A stretch of DNA of 64,000 nt from Adineta vaga (Eukaryota > Animalia > Rotifera). A program made the translations under genes and the position numbers. Under the pieces are notes generated by a model, which made no database searches, was not told where the DNA came from, and saw only the letters and a program-made list of their open reading frames with translations. How positions within the stretch are numbered: the first letter of the stretch is position 1; the number at the start of each line of letters is the position of its first letter. The stretch lies in assembly GCA_021613535.1 (NCBI GenBank), contig CP075493.1, positions 15,376,001 through 15,440,000 of the forward strand, written 5' to 3'. Shown in pieces: positions 1 through 12,408 of this stretch.

Positions 1-746
1 CGGTGCTCGATGCATGCTTAACACAAGTATGTGTCGCACAGATCTTAATTTGATCTGTCTACCATTCAAACGATGTGGACGTACGTTTTATAATCATTAC
101 TTTAGTGAGGTTTACAACACTAATAATGGGTTTTTTTCCGACAATTTTAGTTAACGATTCAGGTAATTGTCGAGTACAGGAACTACTGTAGCTGGAGGTA
201 CTGGTTATGGTTCAAGTTTGATTAGAATGTCTAATATATGGAGTATTTATGTTGATAATAATGAAAATATTTATGTAGGCGATATCAATAATCGACGTGT
301 AGCATTTTGGCCATATAATACGACTCAAAGTACTATTGTAGCTGGTATCTACAATGAAAGTGGCAATTCAAAAGTACACTTAAACTATCCACGAGGTATT
401 TTCTTCGATAAAAATACTTCATCGCTATTTGTTTGCGATGCCTATAATCAGCGTATTGAACAATTTCATATGATTAGTTCAATAGGATTAACAGTAGCTG
501 CAGAAAACGGACTCGGATCTGGACCACATCAGTTATCTAATCCTGAAGGTGTATGGGTATCACCGAAGACAACGCTGGAAAATTAATGATACAGAAGGAG
601 TTACTATTGCAGGTACAGGATTTCCAGGACAAGATTCTTCAATGTTGGATACAGTCGTTGGAGTGACATTAAATGATAACGAAACATATCTTTCTGTTAC
701 TGATCAAAATAATAATACAATTCAACGTTTTTCACTTCTCGTTTAA
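1..746 (+). pseudogene. NHL-repeat (beta-propeller) protein, 5'-partial, frameshifted
   Basis: ORFs 167-586 and 549-746 carry NHL motifs (IYVGDINNRRV, LNYPRGIFFD, VTDQNNNTIQRF). The frame switches near 570, where the usual IYIADxxNHRI segment is missing. A Cys-rich exon lies at 2-79. Confidence 0.7.
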
Positions 747-1120
747 ATACTCTCATTCTTTTAATGATTTCTTTTTAAAATAAAATGATTTATCCCTGAA
801 ATTTACACTCAATAATGTTTATCGATATTAAAAATAAAAATCATAGAAGCGAGGTTGGTTCTTACTGCATTTTCACTCTTGCCCCATATTTACTTGCTCA
901 CCTCTTATTATCCGTTATATATATAGAAAAACGAATGATTGTCATTATTATTTTCAATAGACTGAATCGCATTAGTAGAGTCTCGGTATTACTTGTAATT
1001 TTCAGTTCGTCCTAATGATAATAATACGATTGTAGAAAAAGAAACTTTTTTCTTTTCATACAAAGATATTTATCAACACAGGTTTATTCTGCATTTGATC
1101 GAGATTTTCTTATTATAATC

Positions 1121-2017
1121 ATGACTATTGAATCAAATATAAAAGCTTCATTTATCATCGGTTTATTTTGTTTCATTACACTTTTGGTTCTAATATATTC
1201 CTCATTAATTATATTTATTCCACGTTTTCATAATAAAAATAATGTATTCATTATCAATATATGCATTAGTATTCTTATTACTTCAATTTATTATATTATC
1301 TTTTATACATCATTTTATCTTACATCTCGTAATATCTTTACTCCAAATGGATGTGTTATGCTATTTTATATATTTAATATAGCAAGTATTGAAATTCCAT
1401 TTTCTTTTGTTACTTTTTCTGTTCATCGATTTTGTTCAATTGTACACCATAATCAACCATTATTTAAAACAAAAAAATGGATTGGAATATGTATTGTAAT
1501 ACAATGGATTGGTGTACTGATTATTTCATTACCATTTGTTTTTCAAAAAACAAATGTAAATTTCTACAAGAAATTATTTCTAAAATAATTTTATTTTATT
1601 TATTAATTATAGATTTGCAATAATGTTCTATGGTTACGAATTTATACACTTATTACATCTGTCATTGTACCATCTATTATTAATATTATTTTCAATGTTC
1701 TTATCTTTCGTCATGTTCGATTTTCTACACGTCGTGTTCAACCTGAACCTACAAATCAAATGATGAGATTAAGTCGACGAGAGTTTTCTTTATTGCGACA
1801 AATGATTTTCATGTTTTTTACATTCATTGGTGGATGGTCGGGTATTTATGTGAGTGTAATTATCAATGAATTTGTTGCATTCAATGAATGGATTCGTCCA
1901 GCTTTGGTAATTTTTAGTGAAATATGTATATTGGGTATAATTATAAATCTATTTATTACTAATCATGAAATAAAAAATTATCTATTCGACAAGATTTATC
2001 AAGTTTTTCGACATTAA
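1121..2017 (+). CDS. Divergent rhodopsin-like 7TM GPCR, join(1121-1555,1613-2017), about 279 aa
   Basis: Hydrophobic helices and an SVHRF (DRY-like) motif. The GT-AG intron 1556-1612 keeps the frame into ORF 1760-2017. AATAAA at 2049. Confidence 0.8.
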
Positions 2018-2070
2018 ACAGTGATTTTTTTTTGTAAAAGTCTACTTGAATAAACGTATAAAAGATGTTT

Positions 2071-2116
2071 AAGGGTGTGGGTGGTATTGTCGATAACAAA
2101 ATCATATGGCACTCTC
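2071..2116. repeat. Palindromic junction element (left arm intact, right arm degenerate)
   Basis: AAGGGTGTGGGTGG...CACTCTC, about 54 bp after the GPCR stop. A further right arm CAACACCCTCAAG lies at 2305-2317. Confidence 0.6.
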
Positions 2117-2574
2117 GTATATCAAGGATACGAGAAATACTACTCCTTCAATTTCTCATCGTTGATCAACAATACAATGTACACAGTAATTATAATGAAA
2201 GTCTTTCATCCTGAGTTTCTTTTTGAAATAAAGAAATATGATTGAGATGAGGTTGATTCATATATGGTATTTCTCTATCTAAAATCAACAAACAAAACAC
2301 GAGACAACACCCTCAAGAATAAGTTAGAATGATTGATATGAATCATTTATGCACTTTGATGATTATTGGTATGATTAGAATGTTGACGAAAGCTTTTTGA
2401 TATCATCAGATTTTGGTAGAAACGATTCAAATAACTATTGTGAAGTACTTTTTACTTGACTTCTTGTAAAATTAATGTACAGGTTAGAAAACAACGATGA
2501 CTATGTCAGCTAGAAGTAGAATAGTCAGTTGACGATATTTAGATCGATGTGTATTCGATACAGTTGGATCAGTA

Positions 2575-2637
2575 TGGGTGAGGGTGCGTGAGAGAGAAAC
2601 AATAGCATCCGTACTCACACCCAACCACCCACACCCT
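2575..2637. repeat. Palindromic junction element
   Basis: TGGGTGAGGGTGCGTGAG...CTCACACCCAACCACCCACACCCT, about 52 bp beyond the esterase stop. Confidence 0.8.
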
Positions 2638-2689
2638 ATATGTACTGTCAAAACAATAAAAAAAAATCATTATAGTTCGATATTATATA

Positions 2690-4590
2690 TTAGAAAAGTT
2701 TAATGTACGGAGGCGAAGGTAAATTAGGATCTGTATAACTATAGATAGCTGCTTGTTTGAATAAACAAGGTGTTTCATGCCATAAATAACGAAGACCATA
2801 TAGTTGTTGGCCAACACACGAGCTTGGTACTGTTAGTATTATTGTTAAGCCATTTTTACTTGAAACAGAAGATGGGATCCATATCTTATCATCTAAACAT
2901 TTACTACCTTGACAACAAACCTATTTTAAATAAAGAATATAATTCATCAAATAAATGAGAAAATATTTACTTCAAATCCATTTGGATTACGTAATTCAAT
3001 ATTTGATACTGCCGTATATGTTATATTTAGAGTGCTGCTACCAGTTGAATATGCAACATTTGAGACAATAGGACCTTGAAATTCAACTTTTTGATTATAA
3101 GCAACTGCTAAACCAGAACGTGAAAGTCGATAGCCAACATCATGTTTATATCGTGGATGAACACTAAAAACATATTTTAGATATACAATTATAGCGAAGT
3201 TTAAATAATAATCAAACAGAACATTGATAGTCTCAACTTACTAGTTTGGATCATCACGTAAGTCTAAAGCAACAGCCATAAATACTTTAGGAACAACATT
3301 ATTTGGTACATAGCCAACATCAAATGTCTGATGCCATCGAATCCATGGAAATCCACCTACCAATGCACTATTGTTCGTAGCTGTTGACAACTATATAAAA
3401 AGTGAATTATTAAAATTCTGACATTTACCAGTTAATAGAATTTACTTGAACAAAGCCAAATGGAAATTGTATATCAGTATCACCATTTGTACGTTGATTC
3501 CATATCTGTCTCCAATATTCAATCATTTTTGAAAATTCACATGGATATTTATCTCGAGTAGTTCCCGTATTTGATTCACCTGTATAAAGAAAAACAAGTT
3601 TTTAGATGAAACGAGCTATCTTATTCGTTTACCTTGATACCAAATAGCACCATAGATAACCATACGTGTCAATGGATAAATCATTGCATTGTATAAATCC
3701 GAATTATTTACGTTTGGTGGATTTTGGAAAGAATGGTCGTATGTTTCTAGACCTGATTCATTATTTCTATACGTAGATACGAAAAATATCATATAAATGT
3801 TCAATATACTATGTCGCTAACTTACGATGACATGCCACAATCTTTTAATGCTTTTGGTGGCATCCAAAGTTCGATAGACGTTCCACCCCAACTAGTTCCT
3901 ATTAATCCAATCGGACGACCACCTAATGCTTCATGGATCATACGACCATACAACCAACATACAGCTGACATATGGTTAAATGATGGTCCACCAACACTTT
4001 GTGGAGATGCTACTGACCAATTTAAAAACATTCCCGATATTTCTTCTAAAGGTAATGCTGACGGAATACGTGCGACAGTGAATAATCGAATCTTTGGATA
4101 GTTTCCAGCATTGGCTATTTCTTCTGTTCCATTGAAAATATCAATAACGGACATTTCCATATTTGATTGTCCGGAACAGATCCAAACATCACCAAATAAA
4201 ACATCATGCAGTGTTATTGTAAAAAGTGTTCCATTAGATAATGGTTGTGAAACATGAATATCAAATGGTCCTTCGTCAGATACGGGATCAAGTGTTACTG
4301 ACCAAATACTTTCACCTAAATCATTTGCTGATTCTGCACGACTCATTGTTGTATAAATTTGATTATTCATTCTAAGTGTTGTTAATTTACTTGAATCTCC
4401 AAAACCCCATACAACAGCTCGTTGAGGAGCTCGTTGTAATACCATATGATCTTGCAAATAATTAGCAAAACGAGGTGTTCCATCACCTGAAATAGTATTT
4501 TTCAAAAAGAAAAATAAAGTTCTATCCCCACTTACTTTGAATAACAAAAGTGAGAAGAAGCACAGATATCAACCAAACTATACTCATCAT
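2690..4590 (-). CDS. SIAE: Secreted sialate O-acetylesterase (SASA/SGNH family), 7 exons
   Basis: GDVWICSGQSNM, WGGTSIELW, LYNAMIYP, WYQGESN and HPRYKHDVGYRL motifs. Exons about 4590-4536, 4486-3826, 3766-3633, 3579-3446, 3390-3242, 3163-2971, 2920-2690. Signal-peptide-like first exon. Confidence 0.9.
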
Positions 4591-4854
4591 CAATGTGTTC
4601 TGTTAGCTTCACGTTGAAAATAGATAAGATATAAATACTGTGTCCAGCACACATCTATCTCGAATGTTCTTCAGATTAAAAAAAGTACATGATAAATATA
4701 TACAAATACGTGCTAGTATAGAAACTGTTAGAAAAAAGATAATAAAACAAGCGTTCCTTCTTCAATGTGAGGAGCAAGTTTTACTTCGATTATTTCGAAT
4801 AGTCTGTGATTATTTACATTCTCAATTTTTCCATTTAAGCCTGTAAGTAAATAG

Positions 4855-4902
4855 TTGAGGGTGTGGGTAAATACAATAGATCCTCATCCACACTCACACC
4901 CT
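4855..4902. repeat. Palindromic junction element
   Basis: TTGAGGGTGTGGGT...CCACACTCACACCCT. An extra right arm ACACCTACCCACCCTCAAG lies at 4972-4990. Confidence 0.85.
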
Positions 4903-5395
4903 TTTCTCTTTTTTCCTCGTGTTCGTACCTCGCCGTAATTCACAGTACTGAAGTTACGCTTGCTCCTCCTTACACCTACCCACCCTCAAGATATTTTTTT
5001 GTAATTTTTTCTTAATGTAGAAAAGTCAATGATTCGTAATATAATGATTAATTTAACAAAGTTTCGATCTTTTGTATAGAATTAGAATAAATAGGTTTTG
5101 AGGTAAGTAAGAACGTAGGCCCAGCGAATACATTCCGTAAACGTAAGGAACGTTCTCTGTAGTTGGTGTATAAAATAACATGTAAAAAACATGGTTCAAC
5201 AGGAGATGGCTTTTTCATTGCGCTCAATACATTTATAAGTCTTTGAGATTTCGAAAATACTAGCTTTTTTATAGAGTTTCGGTTTTATCGATAGCCAAAG
5301 ACTTTAGCAGTGTCACATATCCTGCCAGAGACCAGCTCGTCTCCTGAGAGAGATGAAGGTGCATCCCCGATCTGCGGAATATGTGACATCACTTT

Positions 5396-5441
5396 TTGGG
5401 GTAGGTGTAGATAAAAATGAGACTGACATCCTCACCCTCAG
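5396..5441. repeat. Palindromic junction element (variant)
   Basis: TTGGGGTAGGTGTAG-ATAAAAATGAGACTG-ACATCCTCACCCTCAG. Confidence 0.7.
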
Positions 5442-5534
5442 ATGTATGTTGAGAATTCTTTCTGTTAATATTTGCCCTTTTGCAATACAACAACAATCAA
5501 AACAAAGCATTGCTCGTTTTATTTTATATAATAG

Positions 5535-5777
5535 TTATTGGAACATAGGACAACTACCATTCGTATAGCTCTTTATCGTGAGATGTAATGTATCTCTATC
5601 TTGAATATTATATTCATTAAATGACTGATCCTCCTCGACTTGTCTCCCGTGGAATATAAGTCTATATCCATTAAAACGAGCTCCCAAATTATTCTGCATC
5701 TTCCCTTTCAATTATACCGATGGTTCCACTTCGAACGCCATTGTGACACCAACGAATTGTCTTACAAATATCTTCAT
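5535..5777 (-). pseudogene. Ubiquitin-like protein with in-frame stop (absent from the ORF track)
   Basis: Manual translation gives MKIFVRQFVGVTMAFEVEPSV*LKGKMQNNLGARFNGYRLIFHGRQVEEDQSFNEYNIQDRDTLHLTIKSYTNGSCPMFQ*. It aligns by eye to ubiquitin (MQIFV, EVEPS, RLIF.G.Q, YNIQ, TLHL). TAA at 5714-5712, no C-terminal GG. Confidence 0.8.
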
Positions 5778-6045
5778 TTTAGAATCGATAACAAAATTAA
5801 TTCAGTTGGCGCAATATCACACGCTATTGAATATAACGGTTAGTAAAAAAAAAGTATCATTTTTTACACGATAGAGATATTACAGTTTTTACTGCTGTTG
5901 CTTCCAATAGATAACAAGTTGAGATATGAAGAAAAAGAAGAAAAAAAACAACATTAATATCTATCAAGTTTTTTCTTTTCGATTTAATATCTTAAAAAAA
6001 GTAAAGTCAAATTGGAAAATATCATGGCAGCTGATTTAACAAGAT

Positions 6046-6091
6046 CTCGAGTGTGTGGGTACTACATCTATCCAACACCCACACCCTCAAG
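6046..6091. repeat. Palindromic junction element
   Basis: CTCGAGTGTGTGGGT...ACACCCACACCCTCAAG. Confidence 0.85.
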
Positions 6092-6394
6092 TATTGAATA
6101 TCAATGGAAGTTTTTATGTTTAACAGAATTATAGCCAAGAAATTAATAAAATCATTATTCTTATTCAACTTATTAAGAAACTTCTCTAATTGTTCACATA
6201 CGTATATTAAGAATGATCCATACATTGTGGGTTTTCTCTTAGAAGAACTACACCAGTAGCACTTATATTTTCTACTTTTAGATTTAATTAAGATTTCAAT
6301 TACAGTAAACTAATATTCTTGAAAAAAAGAATTTAATAATCGTTTGATTATCAATATAACCAGCATCAATTAATATTGCCACAACTTTTCCATT

Positions 6395-6433
6395 TTGAGG
6401 GTGTGGATGTCTCTTCTGCATCACACCCATCCC
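6395..6433. repeat. Palindromic junction element
   Basis: TTGAGGGTGTGGATG...CATCACACCCATCCC. Confidence 0.75.
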
Positions 6434-6747
6434 GTCCTTTCCCAACTGTCCTTTATAGTTTGATCCTTTGTGATTTTGTTACTTTCATCTGTATTACTTT
6501 TTCTTTATTATGTTTCATATACGATTGTGTTCTCCTCGGATATCTTTATAAAATGTCCCTATTTCGCGAGAGAGCAGTTGTCATTTCTTCTTTATTCTTA
6601 TCATCAATAAAGTTGGTCCATTTTTTGTGGATTTAATGCATTGACATCTTACATCTCACTCTTTTGTTCGTTACAGTATTTACGATAACATAACATGAAA
6701 AGCACTTACTTGTTCTATCAGTGTTTCATAACGTGTCACTTTATACG

Positions 6748-7590
6748 ATGGTAGATACGAAATCATCAACAAGCTTTGCATATCAACATGAGAAAGAATA
6801 TGAATCTGTTGCTGATCAACAAAATGTACAACAACGAGTGAATGATGTTAAGACAATTCGTTCTGGTGTAGAAGAAAATGAAGTCATCACCGCTAATGAC
6901 TGGAATAGACGTTGGGAGATGAATCAAGCAACTCGTTGGCAAATGGCAGGTGTACATCCATTTCTTCTACAATACGCCAGCTTCTTTCGCGATTGGCACA
7001 ATCGTGCGAACAAATCAATTCTTGTTCCATTATGCGGCAAAAGTGATGATTTACTTTGGTTAACACAAGAATGTGGCCTTCGACATGTCATAGGAATTGA
7101 AAGCTCTGCCATTGCCGTCACGTCTCTACTCAAAGAATATGAATACACTCAGGTGAACGAAAAGATTGGATGCTATACAGGATTCAATGGGAAATTGTCA
7201 ATTTTCTGTGCCGATTTCTTCGATGAAAATGTTAATCAAAGCTTGTTAGGTGGACCTGTCGATTATATTTGGGATCGTGCAGCACTCGTTGCATTACATT
7301 GGAATGATCACGAGCGTTATGTAAAAAAGCTACTGAATTTGCAAGCCACACCTAGAGAAGAACAAAATGGTAAATTCGATATTCTTATTAGCGCATATTG
7401 GCATTCGCAGCATCGTGGCCCGCCATTCGGTGTGGAACTGCAGTATCTACGCCAAGTATTCGGCGTCGACATTACCGTGGAACAGCTAGATGAGGTTAAT
7501 GCTTTTTATAGTGGTTGGATGAACGGTGGTTTTACAGAAATGTTCGAGCGTTTTTATGGTGTTCAATTACCGACAAGAGATGTTAGTTAA
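6748..7590 (+). CDS. Thiopurine S-methyltransferase family protein, intronless
   Basis: W..RW....T.W, ILVPLCGKS.DL.WL, VIGIE, WDRAALVAL and GPPF motifs. ATG at 6748. Confidence 0.9.
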   Translation: MVDTKSSTSFAYQHEKEYESVADQQNVQQRVNDVKTIRSGVEENEVITANDWNRRWEMNQATRWQMAGVHPFLLQYASFFRDWHNRANKSILVPLCGKSDDLLWLTQECGLRHVIGIESSAIAVTSLLKEYEYTQVNEKIGCYTGFNGKLSIFCADFFDENVNQSLLGGPVDYIWDRAALVALHWNDHERYVKKLLNLQATPREEQNGKFDILISAYWHSQHRGPPFGVELQYLRQVFGVDITVEQLDEVNAFYSGWMNGGFTEMFERFYGVQLPTRDVS

Positions 7591-7725
7591 AATACTCGAT
7601 AGATTTCATCTACTGCATAGACATACAAAAGATTATACTTAGTTAGTATTAGTTTTGGATAGTAAAATTATCACTGACTATTTGATCAATTTCATTGATT
7701 TGTTCTTCATCTGCTGTTTTTTTCT

Positions 7726-7785
7726 AGGGTGTAGGTGTGGGTATGAGTAAAGAAAAGAGTATTACATAAACCCACACCCACCCTT
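7726..7785. repeat. Palindromic junction element
   Basis: AGGGTGTAGGTGTGGGT...ACCCACACCCACCCTT. Confidence 0.85.
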
Positions 7786-7789
7786 GTAT

Positions 7790-8373
7790 TCGAATAAGTC
7801 GATGGATTATTTTCATTATTATTGCGATACTTTCAGTCTTTTTCATTAATATTATAATTCTATTTGATATACAACCAACACAACGCTTCATATATGCTTT
7901 TATAAGCGAATACTGTCTATGCTCAAATATACGTAATTACACAAGTTTTTTTGTATACTATTATTTCACCTTGTTCGATGGTTCTATTCGGTTTTCTGAC
8001 TATTCGTAATACACGTCGATCACGTACAGTTCGAGTCGTATCATTAGGATATTATCGTAACAGAACAACAATTCGCTCGAATGTTACTTTTTCAAGTCAG
8101 TGTGTATGTTTTGCTCAGTCTATCAACAATTGTTCTTTATCTTATAGCAACTTTACCTAATACTATTAGCACAACATCTATATTTTTTCATTCCTAAGAA
8201 AAACATTTCTATTATTATTTTATTGTTCATTTATTTCACCATTTTTTTTAATATATTTTATCTGGTCGTATTTATAGAGAAGAACTTATTAAATTAATAC
8301 GCATGATATTTCGAATTCGTTCTAATCATCAAATTGCATCAACATTAGGTACAACGATTAACGCACCAATGTA
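7790..8373 (+). pseudogene. 3' half of a rhodopsin-like GPCR, frameshifted
   Basis: SPCSMVLFGFLTIRN (TM5) and YILSGRIYREEL (TM7/helix 8) resemble the intact GPCRs in this window. TM1-3 are missing and the fragment begins right after the 7726-7785 element. Confidence 0.7.
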
Positions 8374-8607
8374 AACATCAACCCATCCCATTTCAAGAAC
8401 TCAATTTTATTGATTAAAGTATCAGTATATGATATCTTATATCATGCCTATAATTTGAAATATTTATTTCATATCGATTTAATAAACAATTAACTTATTC
8501 AAAGGAGCACAAAAAAAATTGAATATTATCGTTTCATTTTCATAAACATATCACTTTCAAGTCTCAGCAAGAATTGTCATAAATTTTTATTTTCTCTTTC
8601 ACTAATT

Positions 8608-8658
8608 AAGGGTGGGTGTGGGCGTTCGAGAAGAGACATCCTGCTAATGTATCATCCT
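8608..8658. repeat. Palindromic junction element (left arm clear, right arm decayed)
   Basis: AAGGGTGGGTGTGGGCG...CATCCTT. Confidence 0.55.
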
Positions 8659-10094
8659 TTTCTCTGATTGAAGTAGTTTCGAATATTCATATGTATATAG
8701 TAAGAAGTATTTAATGGAAAATATCTTTTTTCTTTCGCTGTTCTATATCAACTTGTTTATTTTCGGTACTCTTGTTTTTTCTGGACATAATTAAATATTT
8801 CTATTGAGAAAAATATACGTTCTCTTTGAACATTTTCCTCAATTCTGATTTTATCAATGAAATCGTTTTGTTTTGTCTTAAGAAGTCTTTGTTCTATAAT
8901 TCACGATAATCAATGTAGATGTCAGTTGTTTTTTAATTCTTTTAGCACTTTCATTATTAATAGATACAACAATTATGAGTAGTACAACAAGAATAGCCAT
9001 AATGTCCTTACGGGATTTTTCTTAATTGAACAAGAAGCGATTCAATTATTGTTATTAATTCTATTGCACAAAATTGGATAGGTGGAATGTCTTTTAATAC
9101 GCCGTAAAATGCAGCGATTCATCCTAATGAAAAATCACCTATTTTGAAATATTTATTAAATAAAACTTCAGAGAATAACGACCTATGTCTGTTCTTTCGA
9201 TCAACAAAATTTCATATCACTGTAAGAGGATAAATGACATCTTTTTTTTAATACTCACTCTCATCCTCAATGAAACAATTAATTTCAAAGAATGTCACCG
9301 ATCGTTACACAAAGTCGATAAAATACGAAAGATAGCTAAGCAATCTTTGTTTTACCGTGATTAAATTCATAAATGAAATGTAAAATAGAAAATAGGCGAC
9401 AATACTAATCAACCTAATTTGAGATATAGTTAAATATAAAGATATTTTTATATGAAAAGAATAAGAACCAATCGTAAAATAACTTGGAAAGTATCTTAAT
9501 AAAGATAAATTTTAAATCAAAATGTAATTGGTACTTTTTTTTTATGATAAATAATAAAATAAATCTCATTGCCGAGTGACATATTAAAAGAAACAACGAA
9601 GAAAAATTAAAATATTCTTTTTCGAGCAATTAACGATGTAAAATTTATGTGGACACTTTCCTCTTGCCTGTTTAATAAAGAAAAAATCTTTTTATAGGAA
9701 AACATAGTTTTTTGAAAGAGCTCAAATATAACCCAACGATCTTTTCTGCGAGTTTTTTTACTTAAAAAAAAACTGATCTCTTTCTCTCGAATTCTCAAGA
9801 GAAAAAGAACTCGTTTGCTCATTTTATATTAAAATCATCTAACACCTCATTATCTCCCTGGCAGCATAAGCTTTTTTGTGACCCTAAGTCATCATATGTG
9901 AAGTTGTTACCTACGTCTTTTCAACATAATAATCTTTACAAGAAAAACTAAGAATATTAATCACACTATAGTCTTTTTATCTTCTTTCATAAAAGAAAAA
10001 AAAACGGAATAGGTAAAAAGACTTTTGCAACGTATATTCAATATGTCAGAAAACATTTTCTTTCAATTGTTTTAGATCTACGAAAACTTTTAAG

Positions 10095-11093
10095 ATGTCA
10101 TCTACTGAAAATTATATCAATAATCTTTCAATTCAAATGAATCGTTATTTTTCCATTATAATTTTTCTCTTTGGAACAATTGGAAATCTTTTGAATATTT
10201 GTGTTTTATATCAACGAACATTTCGTTCAAATTCATGTGCAATTCTTTTTCTTTTTTCATCATTTGCAAATTTAATTGCAATTTTATCTGGTCTCATTTC
10301 ACGGACGTTTTCAGGATGGATTGTTGATTTAACAAATACAGATCGATCTCTTTGTAAACTTCGAGCTTTTATTCTCAATGTCGCAAGACCAATTGCATTT
10401 TGGTTGATTCTTTTAGCAACTATTGATCGATGGTTATTATCTAATCCTAATGTTTATTATCGACAAATGAGTACATTGAAAAATGCGAAACGAAATATGA
10501 TTATTATAACAATCTTATCAATAATTCTCTTTTCTCATATTCTTTATTGTTATGAACCAAATCTTATGGATGCACCATTGAAATGTTATGGAGTAACAGT
10601 AACATGTCGTCTTGTTACAGATATATCATTTACATTTGGAAGTACTTTTATTCCTATAGTATTCATGCTCATATTTGGTTTAATGACCATTCGAAATATA
10701 CGAAGATCAAGAAAGAAAGTTCTACCAAGAGATTTGTCCATGGGAACTAATCAAATATCAGTTGGAGAAAGACAACGGCCTAGTTTAAGTAAATCAGATT
10801 ATCGTTTAGTCATGATGTTACTTGTACAAATCTTACTTCTGGTTGTATTTGGCCTTCCATTAGGTGTACAAAAGTTATATGCAACAATAATAATTAATCG
10901 ACCAACATCACAACTACAAACAGCGATTGACAATTTTGTGTATAATTTTACTTTACTATTGAATTTTTTGGCAAATGGAATACCATTTTATATTTATACA
11001 TTATTTGGTGGAGAAATATTTCGAAAAGCACTTTTGAAAGTGTTTTTAACAATCAAACAAAAAATTTTTAATTCAATATCGTGTTGTCAATAA
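10095..11093 (+). CDS. Rhodopsin-like GPCR, intronless, 332 aa
   Basis: GTIGN (TM1), CKLR, IDRW and PFYIYTL; seven hydrophobic segments. Confidence 0.9.
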   Translation: MSSTENYINNLSIQMNRYFSIIIFLFGTIGNLLNICVLYQRTFRSNSCAILFLFSSFANLIAILSGLISRTFSGWIVDLTNTDRSLCKLRAFILNVARPIAFWLILLATIDRWLLSNPNVYYRQMSTLKNAKRNMIIITILSIILFSHILYCYEPNLMDAPLKCYGVTVTCRLVTDISFTFGSTFIPIVFMLIFGLMTIRNIRRSRKKVLPRDLSMGTNQISVGERQRPSLSKSDYRLVMMLLVQILLLVVFGLPLGVQKLYATIIINRPTSQLQTAIDNFVYNFTLLLNFLANGIPFYIYTLFGGEIFRKALLKVFLTIKQKIFNSISCCQ

Positions 11094-11134
11094 ATCAAAA
11101 ATGTTTCATTGAACTACATTAAAACTATCAAGTA

Positions 11135-11190
11135 TGGATGGGTGGGTGTGTGTGTCGACTTTTTATTTCAACCGACACCCACACCCTCAA
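11135..11190. repeat. Palindromic junction element
   Basis: TGGATGGGTGGGTGTGTGTGTCG...CGACACCCACACCCTCAA, about 42 bp after the GPCR stop. Confidence 0.85.
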
Positions 11191-11628
11191 CCTAGCTGAG
11201 TTTCCACCACTAGCGGTTCAGTTTTTTCTATCAGATGTATAGTCTTACCCCGAATCGTACAATAGTGTCGATTCGTTGAATAGCGGTCGAATTAATAAAA
11301 GAAAAAAACAAATAAATACAAGTCAAACTCGTAGTTGTACTTCTTTCAAGGTAAAATTCAAGCTGTCCAATGGAACTTGTTTCCGCCTCATCAAACATAG
11401 AGAACGTGTGTATATCATCATGTGACTATATGAGTGCAATCAAATCAAGTTGCACATCAGATAATGACGGGCGACTACTATGCACGAGAGAGTCTAATGT
11501 TCTTAGGTCAGAAATTTGATTGTATTTATTCTTCGATCAAATTTAGTGTGGAGATACAAACAAAGAAACGAGACTTCAAGTAATTCACATTGGAGAAGAG
11601 ATGGCACACATATTTGTCAGTCCGTTGG

Positions 11629-12159
11629 CTAAGACAAGGCCTGCTGTCCGCTAGCAGTAGTCAGTGAGTCTTGATCCGCTCTTTTCTTCGTTTGTTCGAG
11701 TTTATACTGCGAGAGTTTGTCACATTCAATAAAGCCGTTGGTTTGATCATATTTGTATGCGAAACATGGCACTTGAATACGTTCACATTCTATTCTTGAT
11801 CCGTATGTTCCATTGTTAACTTCTTTCTTGATCGCTAGAGGTGCTTGAGTGAGGTGCGTCGTAATGAGATAGAAGCTTTTTCCGTCGACATCCATTTCTA
11901 CGACTAGATTGTCCTTACGCTTGTATATCCCGCGAAGAAATCCTTGCTTCACAGTATTCTTGCGTTGGTTGTACCAGGCACCGAGTTCCGTTTGATCCTT
12001 GCCTTTGAAATACAATATCGCCGAGTAGGCATTCGAGCGGAAGGTTACGTTTTGATTGGCGAATAACGTTTGTAATTGTTCATTATCGAACATGTACTCG
12101 AAAGGAACAATATAACCAACGTGTCCTATCATATTATTCGATTTCTGTGCCATCGCCAT
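11629..12159 (-). CDS. Hypothetical protein, 176 aa, intronless
   Basis: Clean ATG-initiated ORF with globular composition and visibly higher GC than its flanks. No family recognised. Confidence 0.7.
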   Translation of the reverse strand: MAMAQKSNNMIGHVGYIVPFEYMFDNEQLQTLFANQNVTFRSNAYSAILYFKGKDQTELGAWYNQRKNTVKQGFLRGIYKRKDNLVVEMDVDGKSFYLITTHLTQAPLAIKKEVNNGTYGSRIECERIQVPCFAYKYDQTNGFIECDKLSQYKLEQTKKRADQDSLTTASGQQALS

Positions 12160-12348
12160 TTTTATATTCTAAAAATGAACGCCAATCTCGAGTAGTTTTT
12201 ATACTGACTTTCGACGATCGAACATCATTATGAAGTAATCATACATCATCGGTTGATGTAATGATGCAATGCACCTTTCCTCCGCACATTATACGATCAA
12301 TAATTACGTAACAGTACCCAAGCAGACAAATGTTAAAAAAAAACGTAT

Positions 12349-12408
12349 CTTGAGGGTGGGTGTGGGTGTGGGTTGAGGATTAGGTAATCATGTATACCCA
12401 CACCCATC
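12349..12408. repeat. Palindromic junction element
   Basis: CTTGAGGGTGGGTGTGGGTGTGGGT...ACCCACACCCATC. Confidence 0.85.

Noticed and set aside
9225-9270. Possible decayed junction element (GAGGAT...CACTCTCATCCTCAA); a similar weak hairpin lies near 34352-34378
   Set aside because: Too few matches to separate from chance without a profile search.
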